Part shown: positions 11,266 through 22,363 of the stretch, piece after piece | How positions within the stretch are numbered: the first letter of the stretch is position 1 | Layout of the letters: each line of letters opens with the position of its first letter | NCBI RefSeq assembly: GCF_009827135.1 | Contig: NZ_CP046534.1 | Location: forward strand, 60,001 to 92,000 | Origin: Blochmannia endosymbiont of Camponotus nipponensis | GTDB taxonomy: Bacteria > Pseudomonadota > Gammaproteobacteria > Enterobacterales > Enterobacteriaceae | DNA length: 32,000 nucleotides | Reading direction: 5' to 3' | Notes under the pieces: model-generated | What the model saw: only the letters and a program-made list of their open reading frames with translations | Told to the model about the DNA's origin: nothing | Database searches by the model: none | Position numbers and translations under genes: made by a program

Positions 11266-12414
11266 TCATCTAATTAACCTTAAAACTGCATGTGCTGCCT
11301 GCTCATCTGCGTTACGTCTAATACTATTATGTAACTGCCTAAATTTTTTTTGCAATACTATATGCTTATTATTATGATCATTGAGTAAATCGATTAATGA
11401 TTGTGCTAAATTTTCAGGACGGCAGTCATTTTGAATAAATTCTTTTACCAATTCATAACCTGCTAATAAATTAGGTAATGATATCCAAGGGATATTTATC
11501 AGATACTTAGCTAACATAAATGTCAAAGGATGCACACGATAAGCTACAATCATAGGACATTTGGCTAGCATACATTCTAACGTTGCTGTACCAGCGGTCA
11601 CTAAAGAAACATCTGCCGCCGTCATTACCTCCCATGCTGTTTGATTATTTAATATACGATATTTAACTGATGTCGATATAACACTGACAAATTGTTTTAC
11701 TAATCTTTGATTAGTTAATGGTACCAAAACTTCAAGATTAGGAAAATTATTTTTCAACAATTCAGCACATACTAAAAAATCACGAGCTAACATTTTAATT
11801 TCCCTAATTCTACTTCCTGGCAACACCGCTAAACAATATACGTCATGAGGAATACCTAATTTCTGGCGAAAAGAAACTTTATCCGGATTAAGTGGTATTT
11901 GATCTGCTAACGCATGTCCAATAAATTGACACGGTATATTGAAATGATCGTATATTTTTTTTTCAAATGGCAATATAACTAAAATATTATCGGTAGCTTT
12001 TTTAAGTGCAAAAATACGTTTTTTTCTCCATGCCCATACTGATGGGCTAACATAATGAATTGTGCGAATTCCGCGTTTCTTCAAGCGATTTTCTAATGAA
12101 ATATTAAAATCTGGAAAATCAATACCAATAAAAACATCAGGTTTTAAATAAAAAAATCTACGCACTAAATTTCTACGGATATATAATAATCGTGGTAATT
12201 TCATAATGATTTCAGCAAAACCCATAACGGATAATTCTTCTATATTATACCAAGACTTCATATTTTCAGATTGCATATAAGGACCACCAATTCCAAAAAA
12301 ACATACCTTTTTCAGTTTTTTTTTTAATTCACGAATTAATCCCGCCCCTAAGATATCTCCAGACACTTCTCCTGCTACTATACCTATAATAATAGTACGA
12401 TTATTTACAGACAT
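11266..12414 (-). CDS. lpxB: Lipid-A-disaccharide synthase
   Basis: 382 aa, the same length as E. coli LpxB. Conserved segments: VAGEVSGDILGAGLIR, HYVSPSVWAWRKKR, LLPGSR, NADEQAA. It contains an in-frame A10 tract (T10 on + strand, 12316-12325). Confidence 0.96.
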   Translation of the reverse strand: MSVNNRTIIIGIVAGEVSGDILGAGLIRELKKKLKKVCFFGIGGPYMQSENMKSWYNIEELSVMGFAEIIMKLPRLLYIRRNLVRRFFYLKPDVFIGIDFPDFNISLENRLKKRGIRTIHYVSPSVWAWRKKRIFALKKATDNILVILPFEKKIYDHFNIPCQFIGHALADQIPLNPDKVSFRQKLGIPHDVYCLAVLPGSRIREIKMLARDFLVCAELLKNNFPNLEVLVPLTNQRLVKQFVSVISTSVKYRILNNQTAWEVMTAADVSLVTAGTATLECMLAKCPMIVAYRVHPLTFMLAKYLINIPWISLPNLLAGYELVKEFIQNDCRPENLAQSLIDLLNDHNNKHIVLQKKFRQLHNSIRRNADEQAAHAVLRLIR

Positions 12415-12416
12415 TA

Positions 12417-13205
12417 TTAACGAATAATTCCTCTTTGAGAACGTATTAAAAAATCTAAAAATTCATTGATAATTGGATGTTCTACTGCCAATAGTTTTAA
12501 ATCTACTTTAGCTGATTCAATAGTTTTGTTGCTACGATACAAAATTTTATAGGCATCTCGAATAGCATGTACAGAAGAACGACTGAAATTTCGTCGTTTC
12601 AAACCTTCAATATTTAATCCAAAAGGTGTTGCGTGATTTCCTTGAGCTATTATAAATGGTGGAATATCTTGAACCACACCAGAACATCCTCCAATCATAA
12701 CATGAGTTCCGATAAGGCAAAATTGATGAATTGCAGTCATTCCTCCAATGATCGTATGATTATCCACTCTTACATGTCCACCTAAAGTAACATTATTGGC
12801 CATAATACAATGATCTCCTATTATGCAATCATGAGCAATATGTACGTTAATCATGAATAAATTACTATTTCCTATTTTAGTAACTCTCCTGCCTTGTATA
12901 GTACCACGATGAATAGTAACACTCTCCCTGATTTTATTATAATGACCAATCTCTATACGCGTAGATTCTTTTGCATATTTTAGATCTTGATTTACTTCAC
13001 CAAGAGAAGCAAATTGATAAATTTTATTATCTTCACCAATTTGAGTAATGCCGTTTATTACAATGTGAGATTTCAATAAAGTTCGTGCCCCTATTTCAAC
13101 TTGTGCTCCAACGAAACAAAATGGCCCAATATATACATTGTCATGTATAATAGCTCCTTTTTCTATTATAGAACTAGGATGTATTATGGCAGATTTATGA
13201 ATCAT
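12417..13205 (-). CDS. lpxA: UDP-N-acetylglucosamine acyltransferase
   Basis: Hexapeptide-repeat protein collinear with E. coli LpxA (262 aa). The ORF track starts at a GTG (13232) that overlaps fabZ. The ATG at 13205 ([10 protein letters not shown].. versus E. coli MIDKSAFVHP..) gives 262 aa and a 4-nt gap after the fabZ stop. Confidence 0.94.
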   Translation of the reverse strand: MIHKSAIIHPSSIIEKGAIIHDNVYIGPFCFVGAQVEIGARTLLKSHIVINGITQIGEDNKIYQFASLGEVNQDLKYAKESTRIEIGHYNKIRESVTIHRGTIQGRRVTKIGNSNLFMINVHIAHDCIIGDHCIMANNVTLGGHVRVDNHTIIGGMTAIHQFCLIGTHVMIGGCSGVVQDIPPFIIAQGNHATPFGLNIEGLKRRNFSRSSVHAIRDAYKILYRSNKTIESAKVDLKLLAVEHPIINEFLDFLIRSQRGIIR

Positions 13206-13209
13206 CAGA

Positions 13210-13665
13210 TTAAATTTCCTTTCTACGAGCACACATCATTGATGCTTCACAGGCCATTTCTTCATCCACTGTAGCAATTCCTTTAAAACGTGCAATACCA
13301 CGTCTTTCTTTAATAAATTCAACGTCAAGTATCATTTGATCACCAGGTTGTACTGGGCGCTTGAATCGAGCCGCATCAATAGCAGCAAAATAATATAATT
13401 CTCCTGGCGCTAATTTACCTGTGCTCTTAAAAGCTAAGATACCTGTAGCTTGAGCCATAGCTTCTAAAATTAATACTCCAGGAAAAATAGGTTTCCCTGG
13501 AAAATGTCCCTGAAAAAATGGTTCATTAAAAGAAACGTTCTTTACCGCTCTTAAAAATTTTCCTTTTTCAAAGTTCAGTACACGATCAACTAATAAAAAA
13601 GGAAATCGATGGGGTAAAAGTTCTAAAACTTCCTCAATACGCAAAACACAAGTATCAGTAATCAA
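13210..13665 (-). CDS. fabZ: 3-hydroxyacyl-ACP dehydratase
   Basis: 151 aa, the same length as E. coli FabZ. The segment [41 protein letters not shown] is near-identical. The start codon is TTG (+ strand 'caa' at 13663-13665). Confidence 0.96.
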   Translation of the reverse strand: MITDTCVLRIEEVLELLPHRFPFLLVDRVLNFEKGKFLRAVKNVSFNEPFFQGHFPGKPIFPGVLILEAMAQATGILAFKSTGKLAPGELYYFAAIDAARFKRPVQPGDQMILDVEFIKERRGIARFKGIATVDEEMACEASMMCARRKEI

Positions 13666-13764
13666 GATTTTTTATTCCTTTATAAGATAAGAAGTTGTAT
13701 TAACAACATTTATTTTGTTCATCCCAACAGTATAAAGAATAAACTGTCCTAATCATCTTACAAA

Positions 13765-14796
13765 TTATAGGCACAATAATTTTTTCAATTTTTGTTCTAT
13801 AGTTTTCACACGTTTATTGATGCTACCAATCCGAACAATCAAAGCAGCGGTTTTCCACCATATAGTATTTGGTTTTACAGGAATCCCCGATGAATAAATA
13901 CCAGGTTGTGTTATTGGTTTTATTACCATACCCATTCCAGTGATTGTGACTCTATCACAAATATTTATATGTCCATTAATTACGCTAGCTCCACCTATCA
14001 TACAATAACTTCCAACGGTCAAACTACCTGCCATGATAACACCTCCCGCTATTGCAGTGTGCGCACCAATTATAACATTATGTGCAATTTGACATTGATT
14101 ATCAATAATCACCCCGTTTCCAATTTTAGTATCATCCAATGTTCCCCGATCAATGGTAGTACAAGCACCTATTTCTACATTATCCCCTATTTTGACTTTT
14201 CCTAAATGAGGGATTTTAACCCAAACTCCATGATCATTTACATACCCAAACCCATCAGAACCAATTATAGCGCCAGACTGTATTAAACAAAATTTACCAA
14301 TTTCTACTTCATGATATATAGTTACATTAGCCCACAAGCGAGTACCTGTCCCAATTTTTGTTTTTTTTCCTATAAAACTACCAGGTCCAATTATTACATC
14401 ATCACCCAAAATTACTCCAGATTCTATGACCACATTAGCACCAATTCCTACCCGTTGTCCTAATATAGCATCTGAAGAAATAATTGCTTCAGATGCTATA
14501 TTTTTCTCTGGTTTAGGAGTAGTATCCATTAATTGTGCTATTTTAACATATGCAATATAAGGGTCTTTTACTACCAGTGCAGCAGCTCTACAGAAAATTA
14601 AATTGTTTTTAGATAATATTACTGCTGACGCACGACAAGAACTCAGTTGATTTATACATCGTTGATCTTTTAAAAAAGTAATATGTCCTATGCTTGCATT
14701 GTTTATAGAAGCAACACCAGTAATAATAATATTTTCATCACCATATAATTTGGCATTTAACTGCCGAGCTAAATCAACTAACCGCATTGCAATCAT
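13765..14796 (-). CDS. lpxD: UDP-3-O-acylglucosamine N-acyltransferase
   Basis: 343 aa versus E. coli LpxD at 341 aa. Conserved: [11 protein letters not shown].., [20 protein letters not shown], plus the hexapeptide repeats. ATG at 14796, 3 nt after the skp stop. Confidence 0.96.
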   Translation of the reverse strand: MIAMRLVDLARQLNAKLYGDENIIITGVASINNASIGHITFLKDQRCINQLSSCRASAVILSKNNLIFCRAAALVVKDPYIAYVKIAQLMDTTPKPEKNIASEAIISSDAILGQRVGIGANVVIESGVILGDDVIIGPGSFIGKKTKIGTGTRLWANVTIYHEVEIGKFCLIQSGAIIGSDGFGYVNDHGVWVKIPHLGKVKIGDNVEIGACTTIDRGTLDDTKIGNGVIIDNQCQIAHNVIIGAHTAIAGGVIMAGSLTVGSYCMIGGASVINGHINICDRVTITGMGMVIKPITQPGIYSSGIPVKPNTIWWKTAALIVRIGSINKRVKTIEQKLKKLLCL

Positions 14797-14799
14797 AGT

Positions 14800-15300
14800 C
14801 TACCCAACTTGTTTCATTACAGAATTGGTAATATCTATAATATGAGTGTTATGATATACTACAGCGTTAGCATCAATTACTATTTCATAATTTTCTTTTT
14901 TAGCAACATTAGTTACTACATTATGAATCATGCTAAGAATTTTATCTCTTTCTTCTGTTTGACGTGCATGATTTTCTTGTTGAAATTCTTTAGCTTTATT
15001 AGAAAAAATTTCACGTTGATTTATTAACGATTTTTCTAATTCACTACGTTCTATTGCTTGCATAGTAGCGCCATCTCGTTGTAGCATTTGTATTTGCATT
15101 TGTAAATCATGCTCCATCTTTTCTAATTCAGTAGCACGATCTTTAAATTCATATTCAAGTTGTTTAATTATTTTTGCACGTTGTGAAGATTGTTGAAAAA
15201 TATTGGAAATATTCACTATCGCAATTTTACCTGCAGCGCCAACAGGACTAGCTTGTATTGTCCAAATAACTATACTTAATATATATATCCACTTTTTCAC
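14800..15300 (-). CDS. skp: Periplasmic chaperone Skp (OmpH)
   Basis: 166 aa with an MKKW.. signal peptide, KIAIVN and DANAV..Y motifs like E. coli Skp. GTG start at 15300, preceded by AAGAGG 6 nt upstream. It lies between bamA and lpxD. Confidence 0.92.
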   Translation of the reverse strand: MKKWIYILSIVIWTIQASPVGAAGKIAIVNISNIFQQSSQRAKIIKQLEYEFKDRATELEKMEHDLQMQIQMLQRDGATMQAIERSELEKSLINQREIFSNKAKEFQQENHARQTEERDKILSMIHNVVTNVAKKENYEIVIDANAVVYHNTHIIDITNSVMKQVG

Positions 15301-15382
15301 TGTAAACCTCTTAATTTAATAAAATATACAATTTATTACCTTAATAAATAAGATACTTTTTATTTCTCTACAACATCCAAAT

Positions 15383-17806
15383 TTACCACAATTTTCCTAT
15401 ACTGAATTGAAATGGCTCTTCTACATCTCCAAAATATTTTTTTATTAATTTCGAATAAGAAAAAATTATTGGTCCAATTGGAGATACCCATTTCAATGCC
15501 ACCCCACTAGATATACGAATATTACTTGAAATACTATAATCTACAATACCAGCTGTTTGTGTTGCTTTAGTATTTTTCCAAAAAGTATCCCATACAGTAC
15601 CTGTATCCAAAAAGAGAGAAATACGTGCTATATTAGAACGTTGTGCATTAAAACCCGTAATGGGAATGGTTAGCTCAGTTTTAAAAAGAGTCATCGCATT
15701 TCCTCCAACAGCATCCTGAGAATTTTTTATTACACATGTAGCATAATTTGGGTCAAAATAATTATTATAATAATAAGCAGCCTTTGGCCCTATACTATTT
15801 ATTTTAAATCCACGTATAGTCCCAATACCGCCAGCATAGAAATTATCGTAAAAAGGACTTTCTCTTTTATGAATGCTTCCAGCATAACCAGCATATATGG
15901 AACTCATTAATATCCAATTATGATGTTGATCTAAAGGTATGTAATTACTACTATTAATTATAATTTTATAATATTGATTATTAGATCCAGGTAACGTCAA
16001 TGTACTTGCCACATTAGCATGTACACCATATGTGGGAAAATAAGCATGGTTCAAATTGTTAAAAGTCCATCCTGCAGCTAATAAGAAATCATTTGTATGA
16101 AAATTAATAGTATTATCAAAAAATTTATTATCAATCCACATTTTTGGATGAATATTCGAAGATTTTAAATAACGCCATATTGCTACTTGAGGAGCTATTT
16201 TACTTAAATAATTAGATGTATAATTTAATCCTACATTAAGCGTATTATATTCAGTAAGTGGATATAAATAATTAATATTAATACCACAGTTTTTCAAATT
16301 ATAATTTGAAAAACCCGTATGATTAGTATTTACATCGTTATAAAATACCTTCCCACCTACACTAATATTGTTAATATTACAGCAAGATTTAATAGCCGAT
16401 ATTTCAGCATAAGTTTGATAATGATTTCTAGCACTAGCGATAGATATAGAATTTCCTGAACCCAAAACATTCTCTTGACACATCCCAAATTGTAAATTCA
16501 TACCACTTTCCGTTCCAAATCCTACGCTCAAATTTAAATTACCAGTATTTTTTTCTTCAAGTTTATAAACAACATCAATATGATTCAAAGTATCCGGTAC
16601 ATATTCAATATGAGTATTTATAGTTTTAAAATAACAAAGACGTTTGAGTCGATCTTGATCTTGAATAATACGAGTATAATCCAATTGCGTTTGTTCTGTG
16701 TGATGTATTTCTCTCCGAATTACCTCATCTTTAGTAATATTATTACCTTCAAATCGTATTTCACGTACATAAAAATGATGTCCTATATCAACATACACAT
16801 AAAATTTTACCGTTTTATTATTGTCGTCTATATCAGATTCTATTGAAATAATAGGTTGAATATAACCACGTTTACTTAAGATATATCGTATATTGTATTC
16901 TATTTCTTGAATTTTATCATTGCTATATAATTCTCCGGGATAAATTTTAACGTATTCCCTAATATTAGGAAAATAATCTAATACATTCCCATGCAATTCT
17001 ACAGAATCAAATACATACTGCATACCTTCAGTAATATATAAAGAAAGGTAAACATATTTTTTATCTGATGTTAAATCAACTTGAGTTTCATCAATATGAA
17101 ACTTAGCATAACCATTATTTAAATAAAAATTACGTAAAGTATCTAAGTCACCAAACAATTTTTCTTTTCTATATTGTTTATAAGATAATACATTTCCCCA
17201 TTTAATTTTTCTATGTAACTTAAATTTTGATAATAACTGTTTTGTATGAAATACATGATTACCAAAAATATTAATTTTTTGTACTTTAGCAGTTTTACCT
17301 TCAGTAAATATTATTTGCAAATTAACACGATTTCTTGATAAAGGTGTAACTATAATATTACTCATAGCCATGAATTTACCACAGTTATGATATAAATTAT
17401 CTAATTCTCGTTTTACTTCAAACATAGAACATTCGTTAAATGGTTCTCCAGATTGTATTTTTTTTGAATTTAATGCTGTTTTTATTTCATCTTCTTTAAT
17501 TGTTTTATTTCCACTTAAACTAATATTATCAATTACTGGACGTTCTTTTACCTGAATTATAATAATTCCTTTTTCATCACTAGATATCGCAATTTCTTCA
17601 AAATATCCTGTAGAAAATAACATTTTAATACTGTTAGCAACATCTTCATTATTAATAACAGATCCAATTTTTAAAGGTAAACTAAATAATACTGTATCTA
17701 AAGAAATTCTTTTTAATCCATTAAAAAAAATTTTGTTTATAACAGTATCAGCGCTGTATGTCATATCACTAATTATTAAGAAGAATGCTATAAGTATTTT
17801 TTTCAT
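15383..17806 (-). CDS. bamA: Outer-membrane protein assembly factor BamA
   Basis: 807 aa with a signal peptide, POTRA-type N-terminal region and beta-barrel. The C-terminus ..FQFSIGKLW compares with E. coli ..FQFNIGKTW. Synteny is rseP-bamA-skp. Confidence 0.96.
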   Translation of the reverse strand: MKKILIAFFLIISDMTYSADTVINKIFFNGLKRISLDTVLFSLPLKIGSVINNEDVANSIKMLFSTGYFEEIAISSDEKGIIIIQVKERPVIDNISLSGNKTIKEDEIKTALNSKKIQSGEPFNECSMFEVKRELDNLYHNCGKFMAMSNIIVTPLSRNRVNLQIIFTEGKTAKVQKINIFGNHVFHTKQLLSKFKLHRKIKWGNVLSYKQYRKEKLFGDLDTLRNFYLNNGYAKFHIDETQVDLTSDKKYVYLSLYITEGMQYVFDSVELHGNVLDYFPNIREYVKIYPGELYSNDKIQEIEYNIRYILSKRGYIQPIISIESDIDDNNKTVKFYVYVDIGHHFYVREIRFEGNNITKDEVIRREIHHTEQTQLDYTRIIQDQDRLKRLCYFKTINTHIEYVPDTLNHIDVVYKLEEKNTGNLNLSVGFGTESGMNLQFGMCQENVLGSGNSISIASARNHYQTYAEISAIKSCCNINNISVGGKVFYNDVNTNHTGFSNYNLKNCGININYLYPLTEYNTLNVGLNYTSNYLSKIAPQVAIWRYLKSSNIHPKMWIDNKFFDNTINFHTNDFLLAAGWTFNNLNHAYFPTYGVHANVASTLTLPGSNNQYYKIIINSSNYIPLDQHHNWILMSSIYAGYAGSIHKRESPFYDNFYAGGIGTIRGFKINSIGPKAAYYYNNYFDPNYATCVIKNSQDAVGGNAMTLFKTELTIPITGFNAQRSNIARISLFLDTGTVWDTFWKNTKATQTAGIVDYSISSNIRISSGVALKWVSPIGPIIFSYSKLIKKYFGDVEEPFQFSIGKLW

Positions 17807-17855
17807 CTTATCGTTATTATTTTTAATATTTGTAATATAAATTTACTATTAATTA

Positions 17856-19229
17856 TCATAGTCTAGATATATCGTTGAAAATCGATAAACACATCATTAA
17901 CATGAGAATAATAGATCCGATAATATAACCAACACTCTGTATTTCCTTGGATATTGATGTTCCTTTTATTTTTTCTATTATAAAAAAAAATAAGTGACCA
18001 CCATCTAATCCTGGTAAAGGAAATAAATTAACAATTCCTAAATTGATACTAATTAAAGATAAAAACATGAGATAATAAATTAATCCAGATTGAGCTGATT
18101 CACCTGCTCCTTGCGCTATTGCAATTGGACCGCGAAGATGAGTCATATTAATATCTCCAGTAATTAATTTAAACAATATATTAGTTGTTAGGCATATTAA
18201 TTTCCAAGTTTTTTCACAAGCTTGCAGTATCGCTAAATATACCCCATATTGACGGATTACATGATGTTCCATCGGTATGCAAATAATCTTTGGAAAAGCA
18301 CCTATCACGCTCTCTACTTGATCAGAATGAAGCATATGATTCTTATTTGGTGTTAAATTTAAATTTAATATTTTATTTTTTCGTTCTATGGTAATTTTAA
18401 AAGTTTTTCCTGGATTATTTTTAATAATTTTAATAAATAACTCCCAATCATATATTAGTTGATCATCAACTGAGACAATTTTATCTCCAACTTTCAAACC
18501 AGCTCGTTTTGCAGCAGAATCAGGTTTTATTTCTGATAAAATTGGTGACATGTATGTATGAAAAGGAAGAATACCTAATGCTATTATAGGATCTTGATGA
18601 TTAGCAACCTTATTAAACCAATTATAAGATAACTTAATAGTATAAGTATTAATGCATTTACTATTATTTATTGGCATAGTAGAAATAACAATTTTTTCTT
18701 TACCTATACTATTAAAAATTTCTAAACGAACTGTATCCCAATCATTAGTCTGAATATTATTAATTGATTTAATTTCTACACCAGATTCTACACCCGATTG
18801 AGCAACAATAGAATTAGGTATAACAGAATGGATTACCGGTTTGTGAATAGGTATACCTATTACAAAAATCAATACATATGACAAAATAGAAAAAATAAAA
18901 TTAAAAATAGGCCCTGAGATTACGATAATACTTTTTTTCCAGACGTGCTGATCATCGAATGTATTGTTATATTCCTGATTCAAAAGTGTAATTTTTTCCC
19001 GATTATTAAATAATTTAACATATCCACCAAAAAGAACCGCGGAAATTACATATTCAGTATCATGTGAATCACGCCAACTCCATAACACAGGACCGAACCC
19101 TATAGAAAATCGCTCTACTTTTACTTTTAAAAACCGTGCTGCTGCAAAATGTCCACATTCATGTACTGTAATAAGTATTCCTAATGCAAGGATAAATGCA
19201 GTTAAATTCCAAAAAAAATGTAATAACAT
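17856..19229 (-). CDS. rseP: Site-2 (RIP) zinc metalloprotease RseP
   Basis: 457 aa with the HECGHF (HExxH) motif in TM1 and C-terminal NLFPLPGLDGGHL, collinear with E. coli RseP (450 aa). Confidence 0.95.
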   Translation of the reverse strand: MLLHFFWNLTAFILALGILITVHECGHFAAARFLKVKVERFSIGFGPVLWSWRDSHDTEYVISAVLFGGYVKLFNNREKITLLNQEYNNTFDDQHVWKKSIIVISGPIFNFIFSILSYVLIFVIGIPIHKPVIHSVIPNSIVAQSGVESGVEIKSINNIQTNDWDTVRLEIFNSIGKEKIVISTMPINNSKCINTYTIKLSYNWFNKVANHQDPIIALGILPFHTYMSPILSEIKPDSAAKRAGLKVGDKIVSVDDQLIYDWELFIKIIKNNPGKTFKITIERKNKILNLNLTPNKNHMLHSDQVESVIGAFPKIICIPMEHHVIRQYGVYLAILQACEKTWKLICLTTNILFKLITGDINMTHLRGPIAIAQGAGESAQSGLIYYLMFLSLISINLGIVNLFPLPGLDGGHLFFFIIEKIKGTSISKEIQSVGYIIGSIILMLMMCLSIFNDISRL

Positions 19230-19259
19230 GATTTTTATTAATTCTCTATTTTTGATAAA

Positions 19260-20123
19260 TTAATATAGACTTAATAATATCAGACAAACGAAAATAGGTA
19301 CTGCAGCAACTAAGCTATCTATACGATCTAACATTCCTCCGTGTCCAGGAATCAAACTTCCACTATCTTTAATACCAGCTTCTCTCTTAAACATACTTTC
19401 AGTTAAATCTCCAATTATAGAAACTATAATTGCAATTGTAGAACAAAAAAATATAACGTATGGATTAATACTATTAAATGGTATATGTTTTCTACTAAAT
19501 AACCATGAAATTCCTGTTGAAATTAATATGCCTCCAATGCATCCTTCCCAAGTTTTTTTAGGAGATACACTTTCCAATAACTTACGTCGCCCCAAAGTTC
19601 TACCAATAATATACGCACTAGAATCATTAATCCAAATCAATATTAAAATATATAGTAAAAGCCATGATCCAATAACGTTATCGTTGATGTGATGAAATTG
19701 ACGCAACGTTAATATCCCCCAAAAAAATGGTAAAATTATCAATATTCCAAAAAAAACACGTAATATATTAGATTGTTTCCAAAAAATAGCAGAATCAGGA
19801 TAAGATAATATTAATAACAATGCTAGTATCCACCACGTTATACTCATAACACAAAAAAAATACCAAAAAATACGCCATCTATCACAATAGAAATCACTTT
19901 GTGATGTCATAATTATCATTGTAATACATAATAATCCAAATATAACGCATATCCATATTCGATTTATATAATCAGAAAAATACATCATGTTACCCCATTC
20001 CCATGCACTAATTAAACACATGACAAATACAAAAATTGAAAATTGTATGATAGGCAGTAAAAATAACATAAAAATAATAATAGGAATTAATATCAACATA
20101 CTAATTAAACGATTTCTTAACAA
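19260..20123 (-). CDS. cdsA: Phosphatidate cytidylyltransferase (CDP-diglyceride synthase)
   Basis: 287 aa, polytopic. The N-terminus MLRNRLIS compares with E. coli MLKYRLIS. Conserved: SPKKTWEG and GDLTESMFKREAGIKDSGSLIPGHGGMLDRIDS. The start codon is TTG (+ 'caa' at 20121-20123). Confidence 0.94.
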   Translation of the reverse strand: MLRNRLISMLILIPIIIFMLFLLPIIQFSIFVFVMCLISAWEWGNMMYFSDYINRIWICVIFGLLCITMIIMTSQSDFYCDRWRIFWYFFCVMSITWWILALLLILSYPDSAIFWKQSNILRVFFGILIILPFFWGILTLRQFHHINDNVIGSWLLLYILILIWINDSSAYIIGRTLGRRKLLESVSPKKTWEGCIGGILISTGISWLFSRKHIPFNSINPYVIFFCSTIAIIVSIIGDLTESMFKREAGIKDSGSLIPGHGGMLDRIDSLVAAVPIFVCLILLSLY

Positions 20124-20156
20124 ATATTTTCTCCCTACTCACATGGTTCATTTATA

Positions 20157-20909
20157 TTACATAAATGTACTGTTCCCAAATCGACGCTCTCTTTTCATAA
20201 AAGTATTTAACGCTCTTTTAAATATAACATCGTTAAAATCAGGCCATAACACATCCGTAAAAAACAATTCAGCATATGCTATCTGCCAGAGTAAAAAATT
20301 ACTGATACGATGTTCACCTCCCGTTCGGATCACTAAATCTACTGGAGCTAATTCATTCATACAAACGCATTTGCACAATGCATCTTCATCGATTTGATTA
20401 GGACTTAATATTCCTTTTTGTACTTTCGTAGCAAGCTTTTTCACCCCTTGAATAATGTCCCATCGCCCCCCATAATTTGCTGCAATATTAAGCGTCAGTC
20501 CACTATTGTTAGCCGTTAATTTTTCAGAACGGCGTATATTTTTTTGTAATTCAACAGCAAATCGATTAATATCTCCTATAATTCTTAATTTAATATTATT
20601 TTCATGCAAGGCATCTATTTCGTTATTTAATGCATGAGAAAATAATCGCATCAAAGAATCAATCTCTTTATCAGGACGTTTCCAATTTTCACTGCTAAAC
20701 GCATACAAAGTCAGTGCATCAAATTTATAGTTAACGGCAAAATGAACAGCACGTCGAACCGCATTAAATCCAGCCTGATGACCAACAATACGTAACTTTC
20801 CTCGTGTTCTTGCCCAACGACCATTACCATCCATGATGATAGCAACATGACGTGGTAATAAATTAGATGAAAAAGTGTTAAGACGTTGATTATGTTGAAA
20901 TAATATCAC
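20157..20909 (-). CDS. uppS: Undecaprenyl pyrophosphate synthase
   Basis: 250 aa with RHVAIIMDGNGRWA, LYAFSSENWKRP and IRTGGEHRISNFLLWQIAYAELFFTDVLWPDF, near-identical to E. coli UppS. GTG start at 20909. Confidence 0.96.
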   Translation of the reverse strand: MILFQHNQRLNTFSSNLLPRHVAIIMDGNGRWARTRGKLRIVGHQAGFNAVRRAVHFAVNYKFDALTLYAFSSENWKRPDKEIDSLMRLFSHALNNEIDALHENNIKLRIIGDINRFAVELQKNIRRSEKLTANNSGLTLNIAANYGGRWDIIQGVKKLATKVQKGILSPNQIDEDALCKCVCMNELAPVDLVIRTGGEHRISNFLLWQIAYAELFFTDVLWPDFNDVIFKRALNTFMKRERRFGNSTFM

Positions 20910-21060
20910 ACTTGTTTATTTTCCAAATTAAATATCTTTATGTTCAGTAAAAGTATTATTTACAAAAACCAAATACTATAATTATAGATCAATAAAATTA
21001 ATCACATAACTTTTATACTATATATGCAATAACGTGATAACTTATTTGCAAGAAAACACA

Positions 21061-22260
21061 CTATTTACATATATTACACATCGATATTGCTTTTTCACGA
21101 GCTTTTCGGTCAATATATAAAATATCTTCTACATCATCAGGATCCTTTAAATTTATTTCTTCAAGTGCGCAACGAATAATATCAGGAATTGTAGTAAAAG
21201 AAATCATTCTATTTAGAAATGCTTCTACGGCAATCTCGTTTGCTGCGTTTAAAACAATAGTTGCGGCTTGACTACAATTATCAGCCTCTATTGCTAATTG
21301 TAAACAAGGATACCTTCGGTTATCTAACTGCTCAAAATGTAATTTATTAAGACAATGTATATTTATATTAGATAAAATTTTCAATCCAATTCTGTCGGGA
21401 TAGGCCATTGCATAGGCAATAGGAATCCTCATATCCGGAGGAGCTAAATGCGCTAAAACATTCCCATCAGTGTAATATACCATTGCATGAACAATAGACT
21501 GAGGATGTAACAATATTTCTATCTCATTAGGTTTAGCATTAAATAAATGACGTGCTTCTATATATTCTAGTCCTTTATTCATCATAGTAGCAGAATCCAC
21601 TGATATCTTATGCCCCATAGACCAATTAGGATGAATACAGGCTTGCTCTGGTGTTATTTTAGTCAATTTTTCTTGTGGTTCTTTAAAGAAAATTCCTCCA
21701 GATGCTGTTAAGACAATACGGGATATACCACACTCAGATAAAGACATATGTCCCACATTCCTCTGACATATCACTGGTAAATTTTGAAAAATAGCGTTAT
21801 GTTCACTGTCTATAGGCAATATACAGGCACTATATCGTTTAGCTTCTTTCATAAAAAATTTTCCACAAACAACTAAAGTTTCTTTATTCGCTAATAATAT
21901 TTTTTTACCAGCACGCAATGCAGCAAAAGTAGGTTTCAATCCAGCAATTCCAACTATAGCGGACATTACCATATCCACATCATCAATTGCTGCCAATTCA
22001 CAGGCATTTACTACACCAGATAACACCTCAATCCCATGTTTTCCAGCTGTGATTAAATTTTTTTTCAATATCCTTGCAGCCTCTTCATATATCAGACATG
22101 CATATTTAGGATTCAACGTTATACATTGTTCCGTCATTACAGAAACATTATCTTTAGCCACCAATGCATGTACAAAAAACTTATCGGTATGTTGTTGTAT
22201 TACAGAAAGAGTGGCTTTTCCAATAGACCCAGTACTACCTAAAATTGTTAAAGATTGCAT
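21061..22260 (-). CDS. dxr: 1-deoxy-D-xylulose 5-phosphate reductoisomerase
   Basis: 399 aa. The N-terminus [14 protein letters not shown] (NADPH site) compares with E. coli [28 protein letters not shown] and HPNWSMG motifs are present. Confidence 0.97.
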   Translation of the reverse strand: MQSLTILGSTGSIGKATLSVIQQHTDKFFVHALVAKDNVSVMTEQCITLNPKYACLIYEEAARILKKNLITAGKHGIEVLSGVVNACELAAIDDVDMVMSAIVGIAGLKPTFAALRAGKKILLANKETLVVCGKFFMKEAKRYSACILPIDSEHNAIFQNLPVICQRNVGHMSLSECGISRIVLTASGGIFFKEPQEKLTKITPEQACIHPNWSMGHKISVDSATMMNKGLEYIEARHLFNAKPNEIEILLHPQSIVHAMVYYTDGNVLAHLAPPDMRIPIAYAMAYPDRIGLKILSNINIHCLNKLHFEQLDNRRYPCLQLAIEADNCSQAATIVLNAANEIAVEAFLNRMISFTTIPDIIRCALEEINLKDPDDVEDILYIDRKAREKAISMCNICK

Positions 22261-22363
22261 ATGTGTAAATCAAATCTCATTTAATATAAACATCAAAAAT
22301 TTTATTTTTTATTGTTAATTAGTGTATTAATAGATGATATCGATCATATATACCATTTAATAT

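Noticed and set aside
11105-11377. 90-aa ORF antisense across the rnhB/lpxB junction
   Set aside because: It overlaps two well-supported genes on the other strand. The Leu/Ile-rich translation comes from the antisense of AT-rich codons.
13906-14205. 99-aa ORF antisense to lpxD
   Set aside because: It lies opposite the hexapeptide-repeat region of lpxD. Repeat-driven open frames on the antisense strand are expected there.
14809-15027. 72-aa ORF antisense to skp
   Set aside because: It is contained within skp, has an extremely biased F/I/Y/N composition, and has no SD.
16580-16846. 88-aa ORF antisense to bamA
   Set aside because: It is contained within bamA and is low-complexity.
19987-20397. 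136-aa ORF antisense to cdsA and uppS
   Set aside because: It spans two conserved genes on the opposite strand and the spacer between them. It carries no recognisable motifs. Its length is explained by the scarcity of stop codons in that antisense frame.
22049-22318. 89-aa ORF antisense to the dxr 5' end
   Set aside because: It overlaps the conserved dxr N-terminus and has no independent evidence.
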